NCBI RefSeq assembly: GCF_018977255.1
Contig: NW_024704749.1
Span: forward strand, 19,530,001 to 19,594,000
Origin: Callorhinchus milii
Lineage: Eukaryota
Direction: 5' to 3'
DNA length: 64,000 nt
The position numbers and the translations under genes are program-made. Positions 1 through 12,354 of the stretch are shown piece after piece. A model generated the notes under the pieces. The model did no database searches and was not told the DNA's origin. It was given only the letters and a program-made list of their open reading frames with translations. Numbering within the stretch: the first letter of the stretch is position 1; each line of letters begins with the position of its first letter.

Positions 1-235
1 CAAGACCTTCCTCTTTGACCGTGCCTTCGGCCACACTTCCATCCCTACTCCCCCTACCTTCCAACCTTCCAATCCCCAGCTCGAGTGCAAAACCCTTAAG
101 TGTCCAGTGCCTTGGGATGACCTTCCAGTGTGAAGGGCGCTGTATAAATGCAATGTTGTTGTTGCTGTTGTTAGCACAGCAAAGCTTCACAGACAATCAG
201 TGTCAAGTGCTTTTGCAGGGAAACGCAGTAGGTAT

Positions 236-386
236 NNNNNNNNNNNNNNNNNNNNNNNNNNNNNNNNNNNNNNNNNNNNNNNNNNNNNNNNNNNNNNNNN
301 NNNNNNNNNNNNNNNNNNNNNNNNNNNNNNNNNNNNNNNNNNNNNNNNNNNNNNNNNNNNNNNNNNNNNNNNNNNNNNNNNNNNNN
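236..386. other. Assembly gap (run of N) inside the PIERCE1 first intron
   Basis: Continuous N run; ORFs containing X across it are artefacts. Confidence 0.99.
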
Positions 387-586
387 GACCGATGAACCTG
401 GAAGATTACATGCACAAGATTTCTCCCTCCCCATCCCCGAACCTCATATCTTGTTCCGATAGACCCTCAAATCAGTCCCTTTGCACCCCCCCCCGCTCTC
501 CCCCCCCACCCCCTCCCCTCCCCACCACCAGAACCTGGCTCTGATTCCCTTTGCCGCTGTGTCTGGAGATGCCTGGATCGCGGTAC

Positions 587-741
587 CTGTATCCCTGGAA
601 GCAGTCGGGATGCTCGAACCTCTCCGGCAGCTCAGCGCTGACCCTGTAGGTTTTGCTGGTTTTCTGGGGTGGCGGCGGCTCCTTGATCTCGGGCTCTGCC
701 GGGTCCAGGAAGGTGACGGTGGGAGTCTTCACTTCGCACAT
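587..741 (-). CDS. PIERCE1: PIERCE1 (C9orf116) ciliary microtubule inner protein, first coding exon; the rest is not seen in the window
   Basis: ATG at 741 in a good Kozak context (cccgccATG) encodes MCEVKTP...QKTSKTYRVSAELPERFEHPDCFQGY(R). This resembles the PIERCE1 motif RTSDYYRVSADLPGRFNNPGWFRGYR (recalled). The exon ends in phase 2 at donor AG|GTACCG (586). Confidence 0.85.
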
Positions 742-796
742 GGCGGGGGGGAACTGAGGGCTGTAACCAAGGGACGCTGCAACTAACTGACACGCA

Positions 797-841
797 GTTA
801 CCAGGCAACCGGTAGTAACTAACAAGCGGTTACCAGGCAAC
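797..841. promoter_or_regulatory. Two RFX X-box motifs upstream of PIERCE1
   Basis: GTTACCAGGCAAC at 797-809 and 829-841 matches the consensus GTNRCC(N0-3)RGYAAC; 56-100 bp upstream of the ATG of a cilia gene. Confidence 0.7.
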
Positions 842-1012
842 CGGCAGTAACAACGACTACATTCCCATTCACTTATTTCTCATCTGTTGACTGTCTTCCT
901 GCTTCCCCCGCGGCAGTTTGCACGTAAGCAGGCGGGGAGGACGTTTGGGAGCACCTCACACCGTGTATGTGGAGATAATAATATTTGCCATTATTAATAT
1001 TGATGAACTACT

Positions 1013-1330
1013 CGGGAGTCCTGTAGCTCAGCGGTCAGGGAGCGAGACACCGGGGTTCCATTCCCAGGCCGGGCAAAAACCATGGGCAAGGTTCCTTCCT
1101 CCACACACCTAATAATAATCATAATCCCTCCGAAAAAAAGCAAAAAAAAAGCAATGATAAATTGGTCCTTTTCAATCCACGGCTGTTTGCGGGGACGCCG
1201 CTGTGCGCAATTGGCCGCCGCGTTTCGCCCACGAATGTACGGACAATTCACTTTACAGTATATTCTGTGAAGCGCTTTGAGACGTCTGGAAAAGCGCTCT
1301 ATCGAACGCAAACATTGTTGTTATTATTAA
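1013..1330 (+). mobile_element. tRNA-derived SINE (Deu-type core, L2-like tail), near full copy of the dominant SINE family
   Basis: Head ggagtcctgtagctcagcgg...ggttccattccc (A/B-box-like), core ctgtttgcgggacgccgctgtgcgcaattggccgccgcgtttcgcccac, tail gtgaagcgctttgagacgtc...(tta)n. Dozens of related copies and fragments occur throughout the window. Confidence 0.8.
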
Positions 1331-4300
1331 TAATTGGTAATATTAATAATGACAATTGTACTGGTCTGGATGACCCACCATCGCTGAAAACAATTTAGAA
1401 ACTACATCTACAGAGTGATTGAAACTGTAATAACATAATAATAACAATAATAACAATAATAATAATATAACCAAAAGTGTGGTCAAAGCAGTAAGTCTCA
1501 AGGCTTGCTTTGAAAATGAATTTACTGTAACCACTGGTATCCTATATCTTTCAAATTCAGCTTTAAAGATGCCACAAACAGGCTCATGAATTAATCTCGC
1601 ATTTGATTTTAGCCCATTATCACTTTGTCACTGTAAAGTGCAGCGACCAAGTGTTTGTAGGGTACTGGAGGCGACTGAGAACCTAACCCCTTTCCGATAC
1701 ACCAACAGGGTGCAGAGCAGTGGCAGAGTGAGGGATAGAAATTTGGGTCCGACCCAAATCATGGTGGACAGGCAATGACGAAAGGTCTGACATCACAGCA
1801 AATCAGTGGAGTGAATTCCCATAGTATAGTGGTCAGAGCCTCAATTTGTTCATCAGCTATCTAATGGACATCTGCCTTTAGCATGGTAATAGGACCTTTA
1901 CAGGACAGCTTGTGACATGCAAACCACCTTGATTTTCTCGAGGTCCAAGACCATGCCGTGTGCCAGGCTTACTCAGTACCAGTTGCTTAATCCAGGTCCT
2001 CCTGTCATTGGCAAATAGGATGTGCCCACTGTGAAGCTGACTCTGCCTCTGGGGTGCTCAGTGACAGGTCAGTGTAGACCAAAGCCCTCCCTCCCTGTAG
2101 CCTCTTCCTGTGTTGACCACAAATCAACCTCGTTGCCTGGACCTGGACTTTTGTATTCTCACGAGCTCAGAAGCATAAAGGAGAACTGTTTGGACACAGG
2201 CCTCACACAACAAGCTTGACCTGGATTTAGTACCTTGCCGCAATACAGTTTACAGTTATAGATTGCCTTTCATGTCAGGAGAGCATTCCAAAACACATTC
2301 ACAGGTGCTGGCTGTGGGAGCCCAGAGGGATAGGGAGCGTAAAGAGATGTTAGCGTCAACAACAAATTACATTTATAGAGCGCCTTTCATGTCAGGAAGA
2401 CGTCCCAAGGCACTGGACAGTCCCTTCTCCCCCCTGACACCAGCTCTGAGATGGGGTTCCAGAGAGTGGGGACAGAATGGCTGAAAGCCCACCCGCCATT
2501 CTTGGGCAGATAGGGCGGAGATATGAAGCAGACTGGTCCTCGCTGATTGTAGAGAGCGGACAGGTCGGTGGAGAGAGGAGGTTACCCTGCAAACCACAAA
2601 ATCACATTTCGATCCTATAACTGCACTGTATTGACCTTTATAGACACGCAATACTTTTCACAATTGCCCAAGATATTTTCGATCAGGATAAACCCAGTTT
2701 GCAACTAATACTTCCTTATTCCCACTCAGTTTCACAAGATGGTTTTTTCGGTATTTGATGGTGATTTCCAGCAATTGTTCATTTCACATTTGTTTATGCA
2801 CTTCCCTCTTGCACTGTTGTGTTTATCGTGGGAGTCAGTTCTTTCCCCACTTATCAGCATTTAAATGTTGTCTTTGATTTCTCTTTCAATCTTGTTTTTT
2901 GTGCAGCTCATCAGATTCACAAATGTCAACTCTGAGGCATTGGTACAAACACTCAGTGAAACCATCAGGCACTCCCAGGTCAGCTACTGCACGGGTTAGA
3001 GACAGAATAATGCTCCCTCTACACTGTCCATCCACACTCCTAGGTTGGCAACAGCATTGGTTAGAGACCAGACTAAAGCTCCCTCTATACTGTCCATGCA
3101 CATCCCCAATCACTGTGATTTAAATGAATCCCTGTATCCTGGCCTCAACCACCCTTGCTGACAATCTGTTCCAGTCATTAATTACCCTCTGCGTAAAGAA
3201 AAACTTACTGGTGGCTGTCCTGAGATTGCCTTTTAGGACTCTAAACCCGTGTCCTCTTGTTCTATAGTCTTGGAGCATCAAAAAGGGTTGCTATGGGTTT
3301 ACTTTTTCAATCCCATTTAAAGTTTCATACACCTTTGTAAGCTCCCCTCTGTGACAAATGCTTCTCTGTTCAAATACTTACCCAGTTCTCAGTCAAGATA
3401 ACCTTTTCACAGAAAAGCACAGTGTTTATTTATCCCCTGCTATTTTTAGATCTTATCAAGCCAATTGGTTTAAAAAAATCAATTTGCAAATTAGCTGCTG
3501 TTTTTGCATAAAATTTTTTTTTAAACCGATAGATTTCTTGAGCGTTTCCATGTGTCGGTGGGATGCATCAAACTCTCCGTTTGGTTTGGATACTCTTTCA
3601 GAACAGTGTTGGGTTTCCAAATGTATCACCCGACTGGACCAAAAAGTGCAGTCACTACACTTTATAGTAAAATCTTGTGAAGCACTTTGAGATGTCTGAT
3701 GTCATGATAAGGCAGTGTATCAAATGTCAGGTTTTATTAATATTAATATATTGCTTGGAAATGTTCCTTGTTACAAAGGTAAGACAGGGGGATATCAGCA
3801 CATGAATATTTAACAGAATCACTGAAAATTAGAGAAATATCTGAAAAAGAAAAGCAGAATAATTAAACTGAGGACCCATCTGTCTGTTCAGGTCAGGTGG
3901 GACATTAAAGATCTCATGGCGCTCCTCAAAAAGAGAAGGGAGTTTTCTCTTGGTGTACTGGCCAACAATCCTGCAAATAAAATAGGTATTTTACTTAATG
4001 GCTATTTGAGGGACATTCCTAGGTGCAAATTGATTGCCACGTTTGCCCGCAAAATACACGGTCACTACACTCAGCGGGAACTCACCTACTCCACATCCCC
4101 TGCCCTGCCCACTCCACCATCAGCGGTCAGGCCTTCAGCCTTTCTGCCCACACCCCTTTGCCTTGCCCATCCCTTGCCTCCTTCTAGGGTCATCTCAAGA
4201 CTTTCTTATTTGACCATGCCTTTGGTCATCCTCCCAGTCTCAATCCCCCTACCCTCCAATCCTCTTGATTCCAAGCCCTCAGCTCGGGTGCAACTGGGAC

Positions 4301-4993
4301 GTTCACCCGACGTGAAAGGCGCTCGATAAATGTCATTTGTTGTTGTTGTTAAATACTGTGACGTGCTTTGAGGCGACCTCCTGATGTGAAATGCATTGCA
4401 TCCATCTGCGGCCAGAGCTCCCTCTGCCTCCTGGTCCTCCTTGACGTCTCTGCTGCTTTCGACACCGTCGACCACTCGATCCTCATCCACCGCCTCTCCC
4501 CTCACTCTCTCTTTTGTTTGGTCAGTCAGGTGTCATCACCATGCTTAAGAGTACGCAAACCAAACTGAGATTTCCAGGCATCCTACCTACACATGGAAAT
4601 CCCAGAGATGGATTGTTGGAATGAAATGCGCGCTCTCAACCTGGATGGAAGGATCCTGCTAACCTAATTCCGGAGAGTATTAGGCGCAGATTGGCAGGAG
4701 CCAAGGCTTGGGAACCCTCTCTGCTAGCTTGTCATTCTTAGCCCCAGTCTGTCCACCCAAGGTTGCTATTAATAACTCAATTACCATTTGGCCAAAATTG
4801 CAAAAGAAATTCATCAAATTACAGACGATAGGTTCACTACTGCTTTTTCAAAATGACTAATATCATCTCAGATCCTCCCAGGGATGGAGGCGAGGAGATA
4901 CCTATATAGAGAGAACAAACTTAGCCCAGGCGGCAAAGCAGATTTCAACCACAGGGCAAGAGCGGGCCACCAAAGCACTGTTCCCTCTTCACC

Positions 4994-7900
4994 ATGAAGA
5001 CTTGGCTCCTGAGTCGTGCATCAAACAGTCAGTACAGCACCATCTCCCCCACAGACACCCATTCCCCTCAGCAACCTCCCGCAAGGTAAAATCACCAGCG
5101 CTTCCGATATGTAAAAGCAAGTTGTTGTTCTCATTGTTAATTTCAGTTTGTGTTTAAGAATATAATAATCTTTGCATTTGATATAGCGCATCATCACATC
5201 ACTGAGACATCTCAAAGTGCTTCACAGAATATATTTCTATATTAAATGCAAGGATTATTATTATTTAGTATTATATTATTATAAAGCGGATTGACTGTGT
5301 ATTTTGTGGGCAAAACGTGGCAGTCAATTACACATAGCAGTGTCCTACAAACAGTCATGGATTGAGTGACCCAATTTTTCTTTTTTGGAGGGATCATTAA
5401 TCCCGGAAAGCAATCAGCCAATCGACTAACAACCGGATTCCTACTTACAACTAGGAAAACGGAGGCGTGTGGAGTAAGGAAACTTGTCTCAGGTTTCACC
5501 CCACCAGAAATCAATCCCGGGTCCTCTAATTTGCGCGGAGAGTGCTCTAACAAATACACTACAGGCTCTCAGCCCATCAGAACAATGTTTGTCTCGAAAT
5601 TTAAACTGACGCAGAATTGTGGAAAATTCTTCAATCTTGATTTGGAAGCCGTTCTTTTTCCCCAGAAAAACAGATTCCAGATTTAAGCATTTTCCACAAT
5701 TCTGCCCCAATCTAAATTTTAAGACAAAATGGTTTTAAGGCTGAGACTGTGTGAAATTTAAATGCAGATGCATAGGACAAATTCACACGATGATAATAAT
5801 AATAATAATCCTTACATTTGATTTAGCGTCTTTCACATTGGGAGGTCATCCCAAAGTGCTTCACAGGATTTACTGTAAAGTGGAGTGACTGTGTATTTGT
5901 GGATGAACGTAGCAGCCAATTTGCACACAGCAAAGGTCCCACAAACAGCCACAAAGTGAATGATTAATTTTAAATGGGAGATTGTTGGCCAGAACACCAG
6001 GAAAAAAANCTCCCTTCTCTTTTTTTCGAATAGTGACATGGGATCTTTCATTAAAATAAATCTCCAAATAAAATTGATCATTTGTTTCATGACAGTTTTG
6101 TGGGACGTTGTGGGGCGCAAATTGGGCTGTCGAGTTCGCCCACGGTCACCGTCAATCCTGCGAAGAGCTCTCAGACCTCCTCCCAATGTGAAAGGGACTA
6201 TACCTAGCACAAGGATTGTTATTTATATTATCATTAATAAAACAGAAAGATCTCATGAGCTGAGCTGAGGCCTCAAAACTTTTGACCGCTGCTGTTTGTT
6301 ACAGGAAAACCAGCAATGCCAGACTTTACCTGGCCGTCTTCACTGTCACCCTGGGGAACTTCAGCTTTGGCTACTCAATAGTTTACTCCTCTCCTGCTCT
6401 CAAACAGCTAAATGAAACTTCCAACCCACGCCTTCATTTGGATGATACCAACAAGTCTTGGTTTGCGGTAAGGGAACATCTCAGTTGCCATTCGTCCGTT
6501 GTATCTGGATCATAATCATTCCTCCAGGTGCATGCTATTCCCAATCCCCTGCTCTTTCTCTGTCCCCTCTGATCCCCTTTCTCTGAGTGTGCCTGTCTAA
6601 TTCCCTTTTAAATACGCTCAGTCAGACACACTCCCACACAGATTAACAGACTATCATTACCTCTGACCTTTCACTTCTACAATGCAGTTCTGAATCAGGT
6701 CAGACGCACTGACCTGGGATTGTGGATAGACAGTATAGAGGGAGCTTTACTCTGCCTCTATCCCGTGCTGTACCCGAATATTGTGTCTAATTTTCTTCTC
6801 CAGTCATCATACACTCTGGGGGCAGCATTCGGGGGTTTCATGGCCATTTTGCTGAATAACTGCCTGGGCCGTAAGACGATCATCCTGGTGTCCATTGTGC
6901 CCTGTGTTGCCGGCTTCGCCTTAATGGCCGCTGCTCAAGCCATCTGGATGCTTGACTTTGGACGTACATTAACAGGAATAGCTGGAGGCATCTCTGTGGC
7001 TTCCATACCGGTAAGTTGTGCCTTACGACTCTGCGCTCCCTTTCTAGAACGTGCTGATACCCTCTTCTATGGCCTTCCCCGCTGGAATGTGCACCATTTT
7101 TTTTTGTCAATCTGGAAAAACTTTATGTTTCACCCGAAGACGAGGGCGCTGTTTGAGGTGAAGACATCATCAGGTTAGGCTGTGAAGTCACCCACCCCAC
7201 CCAACACCCCACTCTCATGTATGAGAAGGGAAGATTTCTCCCTGTGTCCTGGCCATCTGTCCCCCAGGTAAAATTAATCATTCTTAGCCAAGTTTCCTTA
7301 CTCCGCACCCCTCTGTTTACCTGGATTTCGTCTCAACAACATGATGATAGCGCTATAACAAATGCAGGATGATTATTATTGTTCTCCTCATGATTGTTTG
7401 TGGCAAGTTGCTGTGTGCAAATTGGTTGCTGCATTCGCCTACAAATCAGTCACTGCATTCAGTCAAAAACTGCGAAGCGCTTTGAGACATCTCGATGATG
7501 TGATAGGACACAATGTTAAGTAGGAGTATTATACTGCCATTGAGTTACACATAAGCATGAGTCAGTGCCTTCAGGAGAGGAAGAGAAGTGAGACAAAGCG
7601 ATCTTGGGGTTATGTGTCCGTATATTTGCAGATGTATGTATCTGAGATATCTACCGTGGAGGTGAGGGGAAAGTTGGGAGCTGGTGCTCAGATCATGACT
7701 GTCATTGGATCTTTTTTGCTGTACCTGCTCGGTGAGTCAGTCATTCCACATAATACTATGATTGCGTTGCTGTGACTTAGGGAGATGCGAGAGAGTGAAG
7801 GGATTTGAACACGAGTGTGAGGATCTCGAAGTCGATCCGTTCAGTGATGGGGAGCCAGTGGAGCCTGGCCGAACACAAGGATTATTATTAGTGCGATTCT

Positions 7901-10900
7901 ATACCAGCGAAACCTTTCTCTTGCTCAGATCTGAGGCTGTCGTGGCGTTGGCTGGCTGGGTTGGGTTTGATCGCCCCCGTGGTCATGTTCGTTCTCCTCC
8001 TCTTCATGCCCGAGTCTCCGCGCTATTTGATCTCTGCAAACCAGAATGAGAAGGCCATCCGCGCGCTGGTCTGGCTCCGAGGACCGGACGCTGATTGCAG
8101 GAGGGAGTTCGCGGATATCAGAGACGCTGCCAGGGAAAACGTGAGTCAGACTTTTTTTCCCTTCAGCCACTGGCACCTGCTCGCTCTGGCATTTTGGGGG
8201 TGGGGTGAGGGGGTGGGTGTAGCTCCTACCCTTTGCCCCACAGCAGCCGACCCATCCCCATGCTTAAGAGTGTCCAAACCAAGCTGAGGATTCCAAGCAT
8301 CCCACCCAGACATGGCCATCACAGAGATAGTGTGGAATGCGCACTCCCTATGCGGAGGGATGCATCCTGCTTATGCGACACCACAGCTCCGAATCTGTGC
8401 TTATTCTCCCCCCCGTCCCCCACCATCACCCCCACCCCACTCACCCCCACACTTGCACATGCACAGTCACACCTTCCAGCAGCAGGTCTCTGGTTAGCAA
8501 CCAGGAGAGGAGCCGAGATCAGCCACTCACGGAGCGGGGCTGGGCTCGGGGATTGCTCACGAAGCCTCTCTCACTTTCCGCAGATGAAGAGAGTCTCGTG
8601 CGCGGATCTGAAGCAGCCCGGCATCTACAAGCCGGTGCTGATGGTGGTGATCATGTGGGCGCTGCAGCAGCTGAGTGGCATCACCGTCATTCTCTTGTAC
8701 ATGGAATTAATCTTCAGCCAAACCCAGGTGGTGCTGGTGAGTTCACACCAGACGCGTTACACAGCCAGGGACAGTCCGGAGAAGACCAGATAATCTGCAG
8801 CCCCTCCCGGCAACCTTACTGAGTTCAAATCCTACTCATCGCAGTCTCTCCTCCTCCAATCCGTTCTTCCCCTGATCCTCCCTTCCCCCCCTGTCGAAGG
8901 AGGGAGGGAGGGAAAGATGAGGAGAAGAATGAGTTAGAGGAGGAGAGACTGCGATGAGCTGGATTTGAACTCGCTGAGGATACTGAGTAGAGGTCCAGGC
9001 TATTTGTTTTTCACCTTCAAAACCCACCTTAACACGCACTGTGGAGTCCTGTAGCTCAGTGGTTAGAGCACTCGCCTCGCAAGCGAGAGGACCTGGGTTC
9101 AATTCCCGGCCAGGGCGATACGTTGGGCAAGTTTCCTTACTCCACACGCCTCTGTTTACCCAGTTGTTAGTAGGAACCCGGTTGTTGGCGATTGGCGGAT
9201 CGCTGTCTGCGGTTAAGGGCGCTACATATTATTATCTCTTCGACTGCGCTTTTGCCCACAGAGCGGGAACGCCGACAGTCCCATCGTGGGTGTTGTGCGT
9301 TTGTTGGCTGTCCTGGTCACATCCTGGCTCCTGGACAGAACCGGGCGCCGCAAACTACTCTTCGCCTCAGGTACCGACGCGATCTCTCTCTCTCTCAACA
9401 AGAACGAGCCACGGTCAACACACGCACACATATACATGCACACACACACATACATACACACACACACACACAGAGCCTGTCACATTGGGAGGAGGTCTCA
9501 AGAGCGCTTTACATGAGTAACTGGGAGCTCAAGCTATGCGAATGGGGTGAGGGGGGGCGTTGGGGGAATGGGGAGGCAGTGGAGCCGTGGAGGTGGGGGC
9601 GGGGCAGTCATACTTGTGAAGGGCGCTGTATAAATGCAAGTTGTTGTTGTTGAGGTTGACAATCTCTTCCTCACCTTCCCCCACCAGCTCTATGCATGTT
9701 TGTATCCATGCTGGCGATGGGCCTTTATGTCAGATTGTTACTCGGGGCAGGCCAAGCAATGGATAACGTGACAGTCACCTGTTTGGCTGGTCCCCAGGTG
9801 ACACCAGCAGGCCTGACCCTCATCCCCCTCCTCAGTATCATCATCATGGTTTTCGGTAAGCGTCCACAAACCCCAAACGCTAATGGCCGCAAATAAAGTG
9901 GATTGTTGATGGACGGCGAGGCTCAGAGCTCCTCTATCTGGTTTACAATTCACCCCAGCGCGGAAACCTCTCCCTCTTCATTTCACCAGGTGTGGGTCTG
10001 GCTCGGTCTTTCGCCCCCTCACAAGGTCGCGGGTTCAAGTCCCAGCGATACTGAGCTCGATCCACTTTACAGCATGTCCTGCGAAGAGCTTTGAGACGTC
10101 CCAACGACGTGATAAGGCACTCTATCAAACGCAAGGATTATTATTCGCTGGGAGGAGTGCTGCATTGTTGGGAGGTGCACTGCACTTTAGAGTAAATGCT
10201 GATGTCTTTCTGATGTGATAGTACTATGTCAAATGTAAGGATTGACTCGCAGATCACCGTTTCACCAGCCACCTCCTCTCCCTCAAGGCACAGGTGCGTG
10301 CCCCCAAACACACTTGGCTCAAATCTAACTTAACGTTGTTCTTCTTATTATAAAACGTTCCGAGAGGATATTTATCCCAATGTTCTTGGGAGCCTGTCTC
10401 TCTGCTCTCCTGGCTCTGACCATGTCTCGCTCTCTCTCTCTCGGTCTCTGGCAGGTTACTCCCTGGGCTGGGGGCCCATCACCTGGCTGATGACTTCAGA
10501 GTTGCTCCCAATTCGGGTCCGGGGGCAGGTGTCTGGCCTCTGTGTCCTGTTCAGCTGGATCCTCTCCTTCCTGATCGCAAACCAGTTCCTGGCAGCGCAG
10601 GTCAGTCTCTCACTGTGTGTCCACTTCCGCCCCTTCACACCCAGGCATTCCCGGCACACAACAACAGATCGGGTTTATACAGCGCCCCTACCCCCCCCCC
10701 CCACCCACACAGGGTAGCGTCCCGGAGTATTTGACAGTGGTGGACCGTGATGCTGAGCCGGAAATGGGGGTTGTGGGGGCGTGACCTTAAGCACGGTCGA
10801 AATGGAAGGTCGTCAGGAGCAAGATGGGGAAGGCAAAGCGAAGGGATAGAGGGAAGAAGTTCCAGAGTTATGGGCCGAGGTGTTCCCGGCTATGTGTTCC

Positions 10901-11139
10901 CAGCACACAGGCGTTCCCGGGATACAGGCATTCCCGGACGGGTGTCTGGTCTCAGACATTAACCTTTTCCCTCCCTCCTGCAGCATCACCTGGGTTGTTC
11001 CGTCCCCTTCTTCTTCTTTGCTGCCATCTCCCTGCTCAGCCTGGTGTTCACAGCGCTGTTCATCCCCGAGACCATGGGCTTGACCCTGGAGGAGATCGAG
11101 GAATACTTTCAGCCAATATCAACAACAAGACAAGCATGA
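4994..11139 (+). CDS. SLC2A6: Solute carrier family 2 member 6 (GLUT6), 10 coding exons, about 501 aa
   Basis: Exons 4994-5085, 6305-6467, 6804-7010, 7632-7731, 7929-8140, 8584-8736, 9262-9370, 9688-9855, 10455-10600, 10984-11139. All GT-AG and frame-continuous (1506 nt). Sugar-porter motifs GRK, YVSEI, PESPRYL, QQLSGI, GWGPITW, PETxG. Exon sizes 92/163/207/100/212/153/109 match the recalled SLC2A6 structure, and the gene neighbours CACFD1. Confidence 0.93.
5160..5570 (-). mobile_element. tRNA-derived SINE copy (SLC2A6 intron 1)
   Basis: Reverse complement of the head/core/tail seen at 1013-1330 and 18277-18592. Confidence 0.75.
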
Positions 11140-12354
11140 GACACTCATCTCAGAGCAGCAACGCAGCTGCTGAACTGTACTGTCCAGACGGACTCCCACA
11201 CAGCACAGGCTAGATACAGAGTAAAGCTCCTGCTACGGTGTCTGTCCACACTCGCAGCTCAATGACAGCACGGGTTAGAGACAGAGTAAAGCTCCCTCTA
11301 CGGTGTCCGTCCAGCACACCCAGGTCAGTGACAGCACAGATTGATGCAGAGTAAAAGCTCCCTCTGCAGGCTGTGAATCCTTTCTCCAGTCAGGTTCACA
11401 TCAGGTTAAATTGCCTACTGATATAATCCGCATAATGTTTCTCTGGTGGCTGGTCCTGGCAGTTCTTGGGATGTTTTGTACACATTGAGTTGGCGCATTG
11501 TCATAGCCGTATGATGTTATCATTCGTCTAACGTTAAGTAAATGTGTGGTCCCGATTAACAAAAGATTGAGTAATGTTATACCCAGTCTGTGCTCTGGAG
11601 CTGGAACAAAAAGACTGGTGGATGGTCCAATGAGAAAAGGCTATTACAGTGATAATAATCTTTGCATTTGATATAGCACCTTATCACGTCTCCGAGACTT
11701 CTCAAAGGGCTTCACAGAATGTGCTGTCAAGTGAATTAACTGTATATTCTGTGGGCGAAACGCAGCAGCTATTTACGCACAGCAGTGTCCCGCAAATAGT
11801 ATTGAACGCCCTAAATGGTTCTTATTTTTGTGATTCAGTTTCGAAGATAAAACAGTCCAAAATAATTGATTTTTTTAAAAAAAATAACATTTATTACATT
11901 GAAAGTAAAATAATGGATTTTTTTTTCATCCTTCAAATTGTAAAACGACCTCCCGAACAGCCTGGAAGTGTTTGCGAGTGTTTATAAGGGACGTTCCCCT
12001 ATTTTTATAGCCCCCATAATGTTATACCTTTGTCCATGCGACAGACGTATAACATTATAAGCTTCTCAACTGAAATTGAACCAGGAATTTATGTTTGCAG
12101 ACTGCTGTTTGATGCAGCAGTTATTAATGTTTAAACGCTGCTAAAAATCATTGTGAATTTATAACAAATACAAGATTTGTTTTTCCAACTTGCATTCATC
12201 CAGCACGCTTTATGTATGTGGGGCGGTGTCTCGGAGCGCTTAACGGTAATGGAGCCTGACGTTGAGCCGGGGAATGTTTTTTTGGGGTGAAATTCAGTTA
12301 CTTTCTCTCTTTTTCTCGTTTGCTAAATTTAGTAAATTATCGATAATCATCAAC

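Noticed and set aside
171-235. Minus-strand IPTAFPCKST next to the gap as a possible PIERCE1 exon
   Set aside because: It ends in a stop and resembles a decayed SINE core/tail; no PIERCE1 motif continues.
3761-3785. ATGTTCCTTGTTACAAAG|GTAAGA as the SLC2A6 first exon
   Set aside because: Phase 0, whereas exon 2 needs phase 2; the 92-nt exon at 4994-5085 fits phase, size and motif. It could still be a non-coding upstream exon.
850-4880. A hidden gene (e.g. MYMK) between PIERCE1 and SLC2A6
   Set aside because: Only SINE/LINE debris and short ORFs with no recognisable motifs or exon chain.
9041-9115. tRNA-like sequence (ggagtcctgtagctcagtggttagagcac...gggttcaattccc)
   Set aside because: It is the tRNA-derived head of the SINE family: the acceptor stem is not complementary and it continues into the SINE body.
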